Source: Dehalococcoidia bacterium
Lineage (GTDB): Bacteria; Chloroflexota; Dehalococcoidia; Plut-88900
Assembly: GCA_965197645.1 (NCBI GenBank)
Contig: OZ240219.1
Span: 2,784,001 to 2,848,000 of the forward strand
Length of the DNA: 64,000 bases
Reading direction: 5' to 3'
Part shown: positions 50,812 to 60,210 of the stretch, piece by piece
Numbering within the stretch: the first letter of the stretch is position 1
How the letters are laid out: each line of letters starts with the position of its first letter
Program-made: the position numbers and the translations under genes
The notes under the pieces: model-generated
The model's input: only the letters and a program-made list of their open reading frames with translations
Database searches by the model: none
Told to the model about the DNA's origin: nothing

Positions 50812-51396
50812 ATGAGTAAAGTAAGACTCGCCCTGAAAGAGTGGGCGATAATAACCAAGGCCTTGGACAGAGGCCGGCAGATACTGCTCATTCGCAAGGG
50901 GGGTATACGGGAGCAGCAGAAGCGATTCGTCATCGAAGGCGATCAGTTCCTGCTCTACCCTTCTTACGAGCACCAGAAACCGGACCTAGTAAAGCCCGAG
51001 TTCCACGGGGAGCTGGGGAGTCTTCTAGCCTCTCACACCGATGACGGCACCCTTACCATTGCCAACCTAGCCAGGGTGGAAGACGCCCTTGAACTGACCG
51101 AGCCGGAAGCCGTCGACGCCCTCTCCCCCTTCTACATCTGCACCAACGACTACGCCCAGTACCGGCTTCGCTGGAGGCCGAAACAGCCCCTCTCGGTACT
51201 GCTGCTTAGGGTCTACCGGCTGCCCGAGCCCAGGACCCTGCCGGTGCTGGAACGATATGGGGGCTGCACCTCTTGGGTGGAGTTGGAGCAGGCTATCGAC
51301 ACCACCGGCGCGGCGCCCGTCCTCACCGACGATCAGTTCAATGACAGCGTGGAAGCCATTCGCCAATCTATAGAGCAGTACAAAGTCCTCGCATGA
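50812..51396 (+). CDS. DUF1802 family protein
   Basis: ALKEWA, LIRKGGI and YGGCTSWV. Confidence 0.85.
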   Translation: MSKVRLALKEWAIITKALDRGRQILLIRKGGIREQQKRFVIEGDQFLLYPSYEHQKPDLVKPEFHGELGSLLASHTDDGTLTIANLARVEDALELTEPEAVDALSPFYICTNDYAQYRLRWRPKQPLSVLLLRVYRLPEPRTLPVLERYGGCTSWVELEQAIDTTGAAPVLTDDQFNDSVEAIRQSIEQYKVLA

Positions 51397-51457
51397 TCGA
51401 ATACCTGCCAGCGCTGCGGCACCGTCCTTAGCAGAGTGAAGAGTCCACAAAGTAACC

Positions 51458-52450
51458 ATGAAATACAGAACGATACCCAACACCGACATCCAAGTCTCCG
51501 AGACCGGCTTCGGCACCTGGACCCTCATCAGCGATTGGTGGGGCCTCGTCACGGAGGAGCAGTCCATCAACCTGGTCCACAAGGCCCTGGACCTGGGCAT
51601 AAACCTGTTCGACACCGCCGACCAGTACCGCTCCGGCGAGAACGAACAGGTGGTGGCCAAGGCCCTAAAGGGTGTGCGCAACGAGGTAGTGCTCACCACC
51701 AAGTTCGGCTACGATTTCTACACCTTCCAGGCCCGTATCCGTCATCAGGAGAAGCCCCAGAACTTCGAGCCCGAGTTCATTCGCACTGCCTGTGAGAAGA
51801 GCCTCCAGCGCCTGGACACCGACTACATCGATATCTACCAGCTGCACAACCCCCGCATACCGGTGATAGAGCGGGATGAAGTCTTCGAGACGCTGGAGCG
51901 CCTGGTTGAAGAGGGAAAGATCAGGCACTACGGGGTCGCCATCGGTCCCGACATAGGCTGGTTCGAAGAGGGCCAAGCGGCTATGGAAGATCGAGGGGTC
52001 ACCAGCGCCCAGATCATCTACAGCATCCTGGAGCAGGACCCGGCCCGGGCCTTCTTCCCCATCGCTAAGGAATCGGGCACCGGCCTGCTGGTCCGGGTCC
52101 CTCACGCCAGCGGCCTGTTGGACGGAACGGTGACCAAAGACACCGTCTTTCCTGAGACGGACCACCGCAGCCATCGAAAGAAGGAGTGGCTGGACGAAAG
52201 TTTGCAGAAGGTGGAACAGGTCCAGTTTCTCACCCAGGACCGGGATATGACCATCGGCCAGGCGGCGTTGAAGTTCTGCCTGGCGCAGGAAACGGTATCG
52301 TCGGTGCTTCTGACCGTCACCACCGAGGAGCAGCTGGAGGAGTTTACCGCCGCCCCTGAACTTCCCGATCTCCCCCAAGAAGAACTTGACCAAGTCTATG
52401 AGCTCTACGACCGCAACTTCGACGTAACCCCCGTAACCCCGGCATCTTGA
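51458..52450 (+). CDS. Aldo/keto reductase
   Basis: GFGTW, FDTADQY and RLDTDYIDIYQLHNP. Confidence 0.9.
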   Translation: MKYRTIPNTDIQVSETGFGTWTLISDWWGLVTEEQSINLVHKALDLGINLFDTADQYRSGENEQVVAKALKGVRNEVVLTTKFGYDFYTFQARIRHQEKPQNFEPEFIRTACEKSLQRLDTDYIDIYQLHNPRIPVIERDEVFETLERLVEEGKIRHYGVAIGPDIGWFEEGQAAMEDRGVTSAQIIYSILEQDPARAFFPIAKESGTGLLVRVPHASGLLDGTVTKDTVFPETDHRSHRKKEWLDESLQKVEQVQFLTQDRDMTIGQAALKFCLAQETVSSVLLTVTTEEQLEEFTAAPELPDLPQEELDQVYELYDRNFDVTPVTPAS

Positions 52451-52460
52451 GGTTTACTTT

Positions 52461-53459
52461 ATGACAACCACAGTCCTGGACCAGCTCAACGAGACCGATA
52501 AGAAGCTCCTGAACCTCCTCCAGTGGGAGTTTCCCATGGTGGAGCAACCCTTCGCCGCCATCGGCGAGAGCGTCTGCCTCAGTGAGCAGCAGGTCATCGA
52601 TAGGGTCACCGAGCTGAAAGACGCCGAGATCATACGGGAGATCAACGCCATCTTCGATACCCGGCGTCTCGGCTACAAGAGCTCCCTGGTCGCTGCGCGC
52701 GCCGCCGAGGGCAAGGTGGACGAAGTGGCCGACGTAATAAGCCAACACCCGGGCGTAAGCCACAACTACAAGCGGGACCACCATTTCAACATCTGGTTCA
52801 CCCTCGCCGTGCCCCCGGAGCAGGAGCTGGACGAGGAGTTGGAGAAGCTGGCGGCACGGGCTGGGACCGAAAAGTATCGCCTGTTGCCCACCAAGCACCT
52901 GTTCAAAATCGGTGTCAAGCTGGACATGTCCAAGGACGAAGAGACCCTGAGGCCCGAACACCGGGCCAAGGAGACCCGTTCCGACCGGGGACCCTTGACC
53001 GAAGGCGACCGGATCTTCATCCGGGAGACGCAGCAGGACCTCCCCCTCCAACCCCGCCCCTTCGATGACATGGCCCGTAATCTCGGAATGACCGTCGAGC
53101 AACTCCTGTCCAGGCTGGAGGAGTTCCAGCAGGCCGGGCTGATGCGTCGCTACGCGGCCATACTCCGGCACCAGAAGGCCGGTTTCGTAGCCAACGGAAT
53201 GGTCTGTTGGAAAGTACCCGAGGACCGGATATTGGAGGTGGGAGAAATCGCCGCCTCCTTCCCCCAGGTAAGCCACTGCTATCAGCGCCCCACCTATCCG
53301 GACTGGCCCTACAGCCTGTTTAGCATGATCCACGCCCGGAACGAGGAAAAGTGCAAGCGGATAGCGAAGCAGATATCAGAGAAGACCGGCTTGACCGATT
53401 ACGCCATCCTCTTTAGTACCAAGGAGTACAAAAAGGAGCGGGTCAAGTACTTCGTCTAG
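52461..53459 (+). CDS. Fused siroheme decarboxylase AhbA-AhbB (NirDL/NirGH-like)
   Basis: Two Lrp/AsnC-like halves: VSHNYKRDH.FNIWFT and VSHCYQRP..PDWPYSLFSMIH. Confidence 0.85.
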   Translation: MTTTVLDQLNETDKKLLNLLQWEFPMVEQPFAAIGESVCLSEQQVIDRVTELKDAEIIREINAIFDTRRLGYKSSLVAARAAEGKVDEVADVISQHPGVSHNYKRDHHFNIWFTLAVPPEQELDEELEKLAARAGTEKYRLLPTKHLFKIGVKLDMSKDEETLRPEHRAKETRSDRGPLTEGDRIFIRETQQDLPLQPRPFDDMARNLGMTVEQLLSRLEEFQQAGLMRRYAAILRHQKAGFVANGMVCWKVPEDRILEVGEIAASFPQVSHCYQRPTYPDWPYSLFSMIHARNEEKCKRIAKQISEKTGLTDYAILFSTKEYKKERVKYFV

Positions 53460-53469
53460 GCCCGCTTGT

Positions 53470-53940
53470 CTAGTCCGAACCGAGAAAGCTCCTGAGGTAA
53501 CCGGCGAAGCTTCTCATCTGGTCTGCGTCATCCAGCCCCGATTCCCAGTAGAACCGAGTGTTATCAAGAAACCAGACGTTGAATTGTATCTCGGTACCCT
53601 TCCTGACTGAACCTTCGTGGTTGCCCACGTCCACACCCTTGACGTGATCCAACTCAACCAGCGTGACGAGGTAGTGCTTGTTGTCGACCAGGAGGGTTAC
53701 CAGCAGATCGTCCGTGGCCGCCGCCAACTCGATCCTGTCTCTCTTGACAATGAACAGCCACTGTCTGGGTACGGCAGGACCGAGGAGAGACCGGAACTCG
53801 CTCCACCCAGGGGATAGGCGGGGCAGATTATTGTTGTCTATCTCCTCCCGTACCCTCTTCTCCAGCGAGCCGCCGGAGATAGGTGCCACTTTGAGAGAAC
53901 TCCTCCCCTCCCACTTTTCCATAGCGCTAACGATGGACAA
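53470..53940 (-). CDS. Hypothetical protein
   Basis: 156-aa ORF filling the gap between genes; no recognisable motif. Confidence 0.5.
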   Translation of the reverse strand: MSIVSAMEKWEGRSSLKVAPISGGSLEKRVREEIDNNNLPRLSPGWSEFRSLLGPAVPRQWLFIVKRDRIELAAATDDLLVTLLVDNKHYLVTLVELDHVKGVDVGNHEGSVRKGTEIQFNVWFLDNTRFYWESGLDDADQMRSFAGYLRSFLGSD

Positions 53941-53979
53941 CCAGCTAAGACAGGCCGGATGCTATAGTGAGAGGCTCGG

Positions 53980-54081
53980 CTAGTCCTCTTCGGGCTCGGG
54001 GCCGGTCATCTTGTTCTTCAGCTTGAGCAGACCGACTACCAGCAGTCCCAGAATAGGGATGAGAAGCAGCTTCTTCTTCAA
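53980..54081 (-). CDS. Small single-TM peptide, 33 aa (MKKKLLLIPILGLLVVGLLKLKNKMTGPEPEED)
   Basis: AGGAGG RBS upstream of a TTG start; below the ORF-track length cut-off. Confidence 0.6.
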   Translation of the reverse strand: MKKKLLLIPILGLLVVGLLKLKNKMTGPEPEED

Positions 54082-54459
54082 CGCCTTTTACCTCCTGCAC
54101 CTCCGGATTGGAGGAGAGATTTGAGCATGGATGGTCTATATTTCTCGACTCCCGACAAAGATATTATATGCATCCGGCGTCTCTCTACGCAACCATTGGA
54201 TAAGCCATTCTCCCATCGCTTGCAGAACGCCGATGCGAAAGCTACTATATGCCTGCTTCAGATGGGGCACCATCGGTCGCGTCTGCACCAACATCATGTA
54301 GCCGCGCGATGTCAGGTCTCGAAACCAGAGGCTGATGCGGTCGCCGACCTGGCGCTAGGCCCGATGTCAGATCCGTCGAAGGCGTTCTTCCCAATAGAGC
54401 GGAGCCTGAATTACATTGAGGCTCCGCACTACGACATCTTGAACAGGAGCTTTATGTAA

Positions 54460-54672
54460 ATGGCCAACGTTTCGTGGCAGGATATAAGCCAGCACGTGCA
54501 GGACGCCTTTGATACCACCGGTAGGGTGGAAAGGCGGGTAATCTTGGAATTCGCCGAAGCCGCCAACGCCCCCGATGACATTATCGACGCCATAGATGCC
54601 GTCGGCTCTCGCGTCTTTCCCGACGTGGAGTCAACCAAGTCGTTCCTGGAGTCTCAGGGCGAAATCTCCTAG
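54460..54672 (+). CDS. Small protein, DUF2795-like
   Basis: AGGAG RBS; AEAANAPDDIIDAI pattern. Confidence 0.6.
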   Translation: MANVSWQDISQHVQDAFDTTGRVERRVILEFAEAANAPDDIIDAIDAVGSRVFPDVESTKSFLESQGEIS

Positions 54673-54759
54673 CTGCTCCGTGTTGACGGGGTGTTGAACA
54701 ACCTGTTCGGCCATCCGCCAGCCCCTTTCCGGCTGTACAGTGTCGAGGGTCGGGAGCGG

Positions 54760-54810
54760 TCGGATGCAATCCGGGGCGGGTGGGAGGGAAAACCCACCCG
54801 GGGCGGGGCA
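54760..54810. repeat. Intergenic repeat family D, inverted copy
   Basis: cggatgcaatccggggcgggtgggagggaaaacc. Confidence 0.7.
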
Positions 54811-54819
54811 ACTGGGGAA

Positions 54820-55644
54820 TCAGTCCTCTCTGTGCTTCTCAGCCTGCTCCCGCGCTGCCGCTAACATCCGAGCGAATGTATCCTCGACGTTGCTCTTCTC
54901 GAGGACGGCCAGCCCTGCAGCGCTCAAACTCCCCGGTCTCGCCGCGTCGAGTATAAGCTCCCCCACCATCTCGGACGTAAAGCCCATCTCCTCCATCATG
55001 CGCCCTGAAGATCTGAATGTGCTGAGCACGATCTTCCTGGACAGCTCCGGAGAGAAGCCGTTTTCCTGCCCGAACTCTATCAAGGCCTTGGCCAGTGGCG
55101 CAAGAAACGGGTAGCTGCAGGCGTGCAGGATCACGAAGGAGTCCATCGCATCCTCGTCTATCACCACCACCTCCTCGCAGAAACGGCTCCAGTAATCCTC
55201 GAGGTCCCGTATCCTGGCCGGGTCCGTGCCCGGCTCAGCATGTATAGCCAGGAACCCAGCTTTGATCCTGATAAAGGGCGTGGGAAACACCCAGACAAGG
55301 GTGCACCTGGATGGAAGATAGGGACGATACAGGGACAATCTGAGAGAAGAAGCGCCTGTTGCCACGATCTGGTCATCCCGAACGGTTGGGCCTATCTGTT
55401 CCATCAGCCCTGTCATCTGGTCGGGCTTGACCACCGGGTAGATCAGGTCGGCATCGGTGCAGGCTTCCAGGTTGTCGGCGAGTACGGGAATCCGGTACCT
55501 CTCTTCCAGCTCGGCGCGCCTCTCCGCCCGCCGATGGCTTGCTACCACCTGCACTCCCCTAGCTCGCTCCTCATCCGTGGCGAGGACCCTGATCAGCTCC
55601 TCGCCGTACCGGCCCGCCCCGATTATTGCGACCTTCCTGATCAT
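54820..55644 (-). CDS. Pyrroline-5-carboxylate reductase-like protein (divergent)
   Basis: IIGAGRYG, VVKPD and RPGSLSAAGL (ProC SPGGTT-like motif). Confidence 0.7.
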   Translation of the reverse strand: MIRKVAIIGAGRYGEELIRVLATDEERARGVQVVASHRRAERRAELEERYRIPVLADNLEACTDADLIYPVVKPDQMTGLMEQIGPTVRDDQIVATGASSLRLSLYRPYLPSRCTLVWVFPTPFIRIKAGFLAIHAEPGTDPARIRDLEDYWSRFCEEVVVIDEDAMDSFVILHACSYPFLAPLAKALIEFGQENGFSPELSRKIVLSTFRSSGRMMEEMGFTSEMVGELILDAARPGSLSAAGLAVLEKSNVEDTFARMLAAAREQAEKHRED

Positions 55645-55651
55645 CTCCCGG

Positions 55652-56734
55652 CTACACCGGCGCTTTCAAGGGTTCCGGGAACCGGATGCCCAGCTCTCCG
55701 GCCAGCTCCGCCAGGCTATCCACAACGTTCGGGTGCAATGGTATGCCCAGGCGAGACCGCTCAAGGAACGTCTCATGCTCTTTCTGCCCGGGCACCAGGA
55801 CCCGCTCCTCGCCTTCCAGAGTGGGAGTGGCCTTTAGGGTCGCCAACATCTCGTCCATCATCGTCTTGAACTCGTCTACCGGGCGGAAGGCGTCGACCCT
55901 GATGGCCCCGAAGAAGTGGCTCATCTCCAACGTCTCCCTGGACAGTAAGGCGCCGAACCCAGCGCCGGACAGGACCCCCGATAGGATGTCCACCAGAATG
56001 GCCAGTCCGTACCCCTTATGGTTGCTCAGCTCCACGGACGATCCGAGGGGAAGAAGGCCCCCGCCCTCCCAGTAGGAGTTGGGGTTGTTGGTAGGGTTGC
56101 CATCCCCATCTATAGCCCAGCCCTGAGGAATGGCCTCTCCCTTTCGGCGGGCGATCTCCAGCTTACCAACGGCCACCGCGGTGCTGGCCATGTCCAGCAC
56201 GTAGGGAGGCTCCTTGTCCGTCGGTGCGGCAAAGCTCATCGCGTTTGATCCCAGCCGGCGTTCCACGCCAAAGGTGGGCACCATCACCGGCGGAGTGTTG
56301 GTCATGGCTAAGCCTATCATATCGTGAGGCAAAGCCATCGCTGCGTAGTACCCGGCGGCGCCAAAATGGCGGCTGTTGGTGACCGATACCATACCGATTC
56401 CGCTCCGCGATCCCTTCTCGATGGCAAGCTCCATCCCCCTGTGGGCCACTAGCAGGCCCAGCCCGCCGTCGCCGTCTACGAGGGCCGTGGTGGGCGTTTC
56501 CCTGACCACCTTCCAGTCCGGGTGCGGATTGACTATGCCCTTCTGAAGCCCGCCCGCGTAGGACCGATGGGCCGGTAGATGGGCTATGCCGTGGGAATCT
56601 ATTCCTCGCAGGTCGGCGTCCACCAGGACCTCCGCCGCCAGCCTGGCATCGCCGGGCGGTAGCTGTAAGTGGCCAAAAACCTCCGCAGCAAGTACTCGCA
56701 GGTCTTCTGCTTTGTATCGCAAGTAGCCTGTCAT
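55652..56734 (-). CDS. Ldh_2 family oxidoreductase (malate/lactate/sulfolactate/ureidoglycolate dehydrogenase-like)
   Basis: RGIDSHG, NSRHFGAAG, DMAST and HKGYGL. Confidence 0.9.
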   Translation of the reverse strand: MTGYLRYKAEDLRVLAAEVFGHLQLPPGDARLAAEVLVDADLRGIDSHGIAHLPAHRSYAGGLQKGIVNPHPDWKVVRETPTTALVDGDGGLGLLVAHRGMELAIEKGSRSGIGMVSVTNSRHFGAAGYYAAMALPHDMIGLAMTNTPPVMVPTFGVERRLGSNAMSFAAPTDKEPPYVLDMASTAVAVGKLEIARRKGEAIPQGWAIDGDGNPTNNPNSYWEGGGLLPLGSSVELSNHKGYGLAILVDILSGVLSGAGFGALLSRETLEMSHFFGAIRVDAFRPVDEFKTMMDEMLATLKATPTLEGEERVLVPGQKEHETFLERSRLGIPLHPNVVDSLAELAGELGIRFPEPLKAPV

Positions 56735-56906
56735 CTATTCCCCGTGACCTTCCGGGCATCTCCTTCGAGTAACTGCGGTCCCACTGCCCGATTTGGCATT
56801 CTACCTACTCTATCTACCATTTGGAAGCGCCACCCACGCCTAAGCGTTTCCTTTTTCAGGCTGTTATACTGGTCTATAGGATATTGATCTTAATCGGAAT
56901 AATCCA

Positions 56907-57773
56907 ATGGACAGTCTTCAATTTCTGGAAATGCCCGATCTCAGGAGCCCCTCCGTAGTAGTTGGATTCTCCGGCTGGGCCAACGCGGGAGAGATCTCTT
57001 CCGGCACCGTCGGCTATCTGAGGAAGCGGTTGAAGGCCGTCAAGTACGCCGCCATCGACCCTGAGCTCTTCTACGACTTTACCTCGGTGCGCCCTCAAGG
57101 CCGGATATCCGGCGGGGTCGAGCAGGAGTTCCAGTTCGTCTCCAACGATTTCTACTACTGGCAGGTGCCCCACGCCGACAACGATCTCGTTCTGTTCCTC
57201 GGCACCGAGCCCCAGCTGCGGTGGAAGGAGTTCACCAACTGCTTCTTCTCCGCTATAGAACCCTTCGAACCGGTCCGGCTTTGCGTCCTGGGCAGCTACT
57301 ACGATTCCAATCCCCACTCCCGCCCCACCCAGGTCTCGGCCGCTGTCAACGACGCCGCCTACAAGGCCGATCTGGAAGATCACGACGTCCACTTCACCGA
57401 CTACCGCGGTCCCGCCTCCATTCACTCCATGCTCCAGCACGCATGCAGAGAGCGAAGCATGCCCTCTTTCGGGCTGTGGTCGGGCACTCCTCACTACCTC
57501 CCCACCGCCAATCCCAAGGCTTGGCGGGCCGTATTGAATCGTCTCCTGCCCATCCTCGGCATTGATCTGGACCTGGATGACCTTCGTCGTCGGGGTGAGC
57601 AGCTGGACCGCCAGGTTGCCCAGGCCCTGGTACAGAACCCCAAACTGCGGGACTACGTCAAACAGCTGGAGGAGTCCATAGAGGCCGAGGAGGAGCAAGA
57701 ACCGCTGCGCAGCGACGAAATCATCCAGAGCTTGGAGGATTTCCTGAGAAAGAAGCAGCAGGAAGGCCCCTAG
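56907..57773 (+). CDS. PAC2 family (proteasome assembly chaperone-like) protein
   Basis: FSGWANAGE, YDFTSVRP, GTEPQLRW and PHYL. Confidence 0.85.
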   Translation: MDSLQFLEMPDLRSPSVVVGFSGWANAGEISSGTVGYLRKRLKAVKYAAIDPELFYDFTSVRPQGRISGGVEQEFQFVSNDFYYWQVPHADNDLVLFLGTEPQLRWKEFTNCFFSAIEPFEPVRLCVLGSYYDSNPHSRPTQVSAAVNDAAYKADLEDHDVHFTDYRGPASIHSMLQHACRERSMPSFGLWSGTPHYLPTANPKAWRAVLNRLLPILGIDLDLDDLRRRGEQLDRQVAQALVQNPKLRDYVKQLEESIEAEEEQEPLRSDEIIQSLEDFLRKKQQEGP

Positions 57774-57850
57774 TCACCCCTCATCTCCTCTGCTCCGTTC
57801 AGGCAGAGGCCATGCCGATGCAGGGCTGGTGAGAGAGCCGCCCGCCTCCC

Positions 57851-58168
57851 TTACGCGTAGGGCCCCAGGAACGTACCACCGATTACGTGCAGGTGCCCGT
57901 GCTCCTGGCTCTGCAAGCCGTCCGGCCCGAAGTTGGAAATCAGCCGGAATCCACCGGGCGAGTACTTGTTCCCCATCTCCACGGCCACCTTGCCCACCCT
58001 GTCCATGTCTCGCCAGAACTCCTCCTGGGTCAGGTGCTGTTTCCGCACGACGAGCAGCATGAGAGGCACCCACTTCAGCACGTTGTCGAAGACGATGATA
58101 TCGTCATCCTCGTACCTCACGTTGGCGGGTTCGGTCCCCTGAATTATGTCGCAGAAAACGCAGGCCAT
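57851..58168 (-). CDS. HIT family protein
   Basis: CVFCDI N-terminus and HGHLHVIGG. Confidence 0.9.
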   Translation of the reverse strand: MACVFCDIIQGTEPANVRYEDDDIIVFDNVLKWVPLMLLVVRKQHLTQEEFWRDMDRVGKVAVEMGNKYSPGGFRLISNFGPDGLQSQEHGHLHVIGGTFLGPYA

Positions 58169-58175
58169 GGCGTGG

Positions 58176-59588
58176 CTAGCTCGAGCTTCGCCTACCGGCA
58201 GGGTCGCCGGCGGCATACTCTGTAGGTGTGGACCAGTTGCGATAATCGGGTGCGGTGATGCGGACCAGCGTAGTCACCCGGTCATCCTCCATACGAGAGC
58301 TCAGCCTCGAGTCGATCTCCTCCAGGGCCAGGGTGGTAGTAATGACGGTGGGTAGCCGGCTGTTGTAGCGATGGTTGAACAGCTGGTGCAGCTTCTCCCT
58401 TGCCCAGGGGGTGGCGCTGTGTTCACCGTAGTCGTCCAGGATCAACAGGGGCGCCATCCTGGCCTTGTTGAACATATCGTCGTAGGTGGTCCGGCTTTCC
58501 GGGGCGAAGGTGGAACGAAGGTGGTCCAACAGATCGGACACTAAGATAAACACCACCTCGGTCCCTTTGTTTCTCCGATAATGCCCTATGGCCGCAGCCA
58601 GATGCGTCTTGCCCCGTCCCGTATGGCCCATGAACACTATCCATCCGTCGGGAGACTCGGCGAAAATCCGGGCCTGCCGGAATGCGTGGTCCAGGTTCTC
58701 TGCCTGCTTCCCCTTCAGATTCCGCCCCCTTCGCTGGAAGGTTTCGAACCTCATCTGGGCCGGCAGGGAAAGGTCCAGGGTGTCCGGGGTGTTGGGGATA
58801 AACGAGCGTTTCTCCGTTGTATACACTTTCGAGAAAGCGGGGTCCGTGAGACGGCTGTGCAATCTTTCGTCGAGCCGTTCCAGGGAGACGTTGGTGGTTA
58901 CTACCGTGGGCAGTTGGGCGTTGAATCTATGATTCAGCAGCTGGAACAGCTTCTCCGCAGCCCAGGGAGTGCTGGACTGGGTGCCGAGATCGTCCAGCAC
59001 CAGGAGGGGAATGTTTCGCACTTGCTCGAAGAGATTGTCGTATGACACGTCGCTGGACGGCGAGAAGGTGGAACGAAGATGGTCCAGCAGGTCCGGCACC
59101 ACCATGAAATAGGTCTGCAGGCCCCGCTCCATGCACACGTTGGCGATGGCCGCCGCCAGGTGGGTCTTGCCGCTGCCGCTGGCCCCCACCAGAACGAACC
59201 ACCCTTCGGGTTCTCGGGCGTAGCCCCGGGCCGCCTGCAAGGCGTTGGTAAACAGGTACTGGTTCTCCGGGTGAGCGCTCTTGCCCTGGGGCGCCAGCCT
59301 ATCGAAGGTGAGGCGGGTTAGAGGGCCCAGGTTGCTGAAGCGCCGCAACCGATCGGTCTTCTGGTCCTCCCACACCTCAATTGCACACCGGCAAGGCACC
59401 GCCTTGCCGTAGTCGGGGTGTCCCACGACAACGTCCGGGGTAACCCATCCGGTCATGTTGCAGACCGTACATCCCTCCGCCCGTGGCCCATCTTCAAGAT
59501 CGACGTCGTTTAAGGGGAGTTCCGAACCGATCTCGGAAGTACTTTTCGTTATCTTCATCCTCGCCAGGATGTCGTCTATCTTCTCCAC
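58176..59588 (-). CDS. DnaC/DnaI-like helicase loader with two tandem AAA+ domains
   Basis: N-terminal CxxC...CxC; Walker A GASGSGKT and GHTGRGKT; Walker B LVLDD and LILDD. Confidence 0.85.
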   Translation of the reverse strand: MEKIDDILARMKITKSTSEIGSELPLNDVDLEDGPRAEGCTVCNMTGWVTPDVVVGHPDYGKAVPCRCAIEVWEDQKTDRLRRFSNLGPLTRLTFDRLAPQGKSAHPENQYLFTNALQAARGYAREPEGWFVLVGASGSGKTHLAAAIANVCMERGLQTYFMVVPDLLDHLRSTFSPSSDVSYDNLFEQVRNIPLLVLDDLGTQSSTPWAAEKLFQLLNHRFNAQLPTVVTTNVSLERLDERLHSRLTDPAFSKVYTTEKRSFIPNTPDTLDLSLPAQMRFETFQRRGRNLKGKQAENLDHAFRQARIFAESPDGWIVFMGHTGRGKTHLAAAIGHYRRNKGTEVVFILVSDLLDHLRSTFAPESRTTYDDMFNKARMAPLLILDDYGEHSATPWAREKLHQLFNHRYNSRLPTVITTTLALEEIDSRLSSRMEDDRVTTLVRITAPDYRNWSTPTEYAAGDPAGRRSSS

Positions 59589-60204
59589 TATCCTTGCCCC
59601 GCGTTTCCCAGCTTCTCAGTATCGCTTCCACGTAGCTCCAGCTCCGAGCGTTATGCACCACCGCTTCCCCTATGGCCTCGGCTATCCAGTCCCCCGGATA
59701 AAGGGTCTCCGCCGCTTTAATCCTGTCCGCTACCAGGGGAGTCAGCACTCCTATGTTGTTTTCGTACAGGCTGAACACATCGCCCGGGGCCTTCTGAGCC
59801 ACCGCCTCCACCGATGGGAGGGCGCCTATGGAGATCTCCCCGTTCCGAATCCTCTCCACTGCCTGCCGGCCCGACTCCGTGTTGACGAAGTACAGCCGAT
59901 GCCTTGCATCGGCCCCCTCCAATGTCAGATCGAGCAGCAGCCGCCTGTCCACCGCCTTCTCCAACCCGCGCTCGAGAGCGTCCGTGCCATCGTCTCCCAG
60001 CCCGGTCATAAGGGCCCTATCGGACGCGAGTTCGTCGAATGTGACGAACTTGGGGTTCTCCTTCTTCCTGTAAACCGACCAGAAGATATGCAGTACAACC
60101 TTCAACTCCGCCAAGTCATCGATCTTCGCCAGAAGCGACGCGAAGAACACGTTGGGAATGGGGGTATTCTGGGTCCCGGAGGGAAAGCCGCTGAATTCAG
60201 GCAT
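59494..60204 (-). CDS. dnaD: DnaD domain protein
   Basis: TPIPNVFF, LYENNIGVLTP and SWSYVEAILRSW. Confidence 0.85.
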   Translation of the reverse strand: MPEFSGFPSGTQNTPIPNVFFASLLAKIDDLAELKVVLHIFWSVYRKKENPKFVTFDELASDRALMTGLGDDGTDALERGLEKAVDRRLLLDLTLEGADARHRLYFVNTESGRQAVERIRNGEISIGALPSVEAVAQKAPGDVFSLYENNIGVLTPLVADRIKAAETLYPGDWIAEAIGEAVVHNARSWSYVEAILRSWETRGKDSGEDRRHPGEDEDNEKYFRDRFGTPLKRRRS

Positions 60205-60210
60205 CGGCCC

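Noticed and set aside
58176-59588. IS21 IstB helper ATPase
   Set aside because: No IstA transposase or terminal inverted repeats; it sits in the dnaB-dnaD operon.
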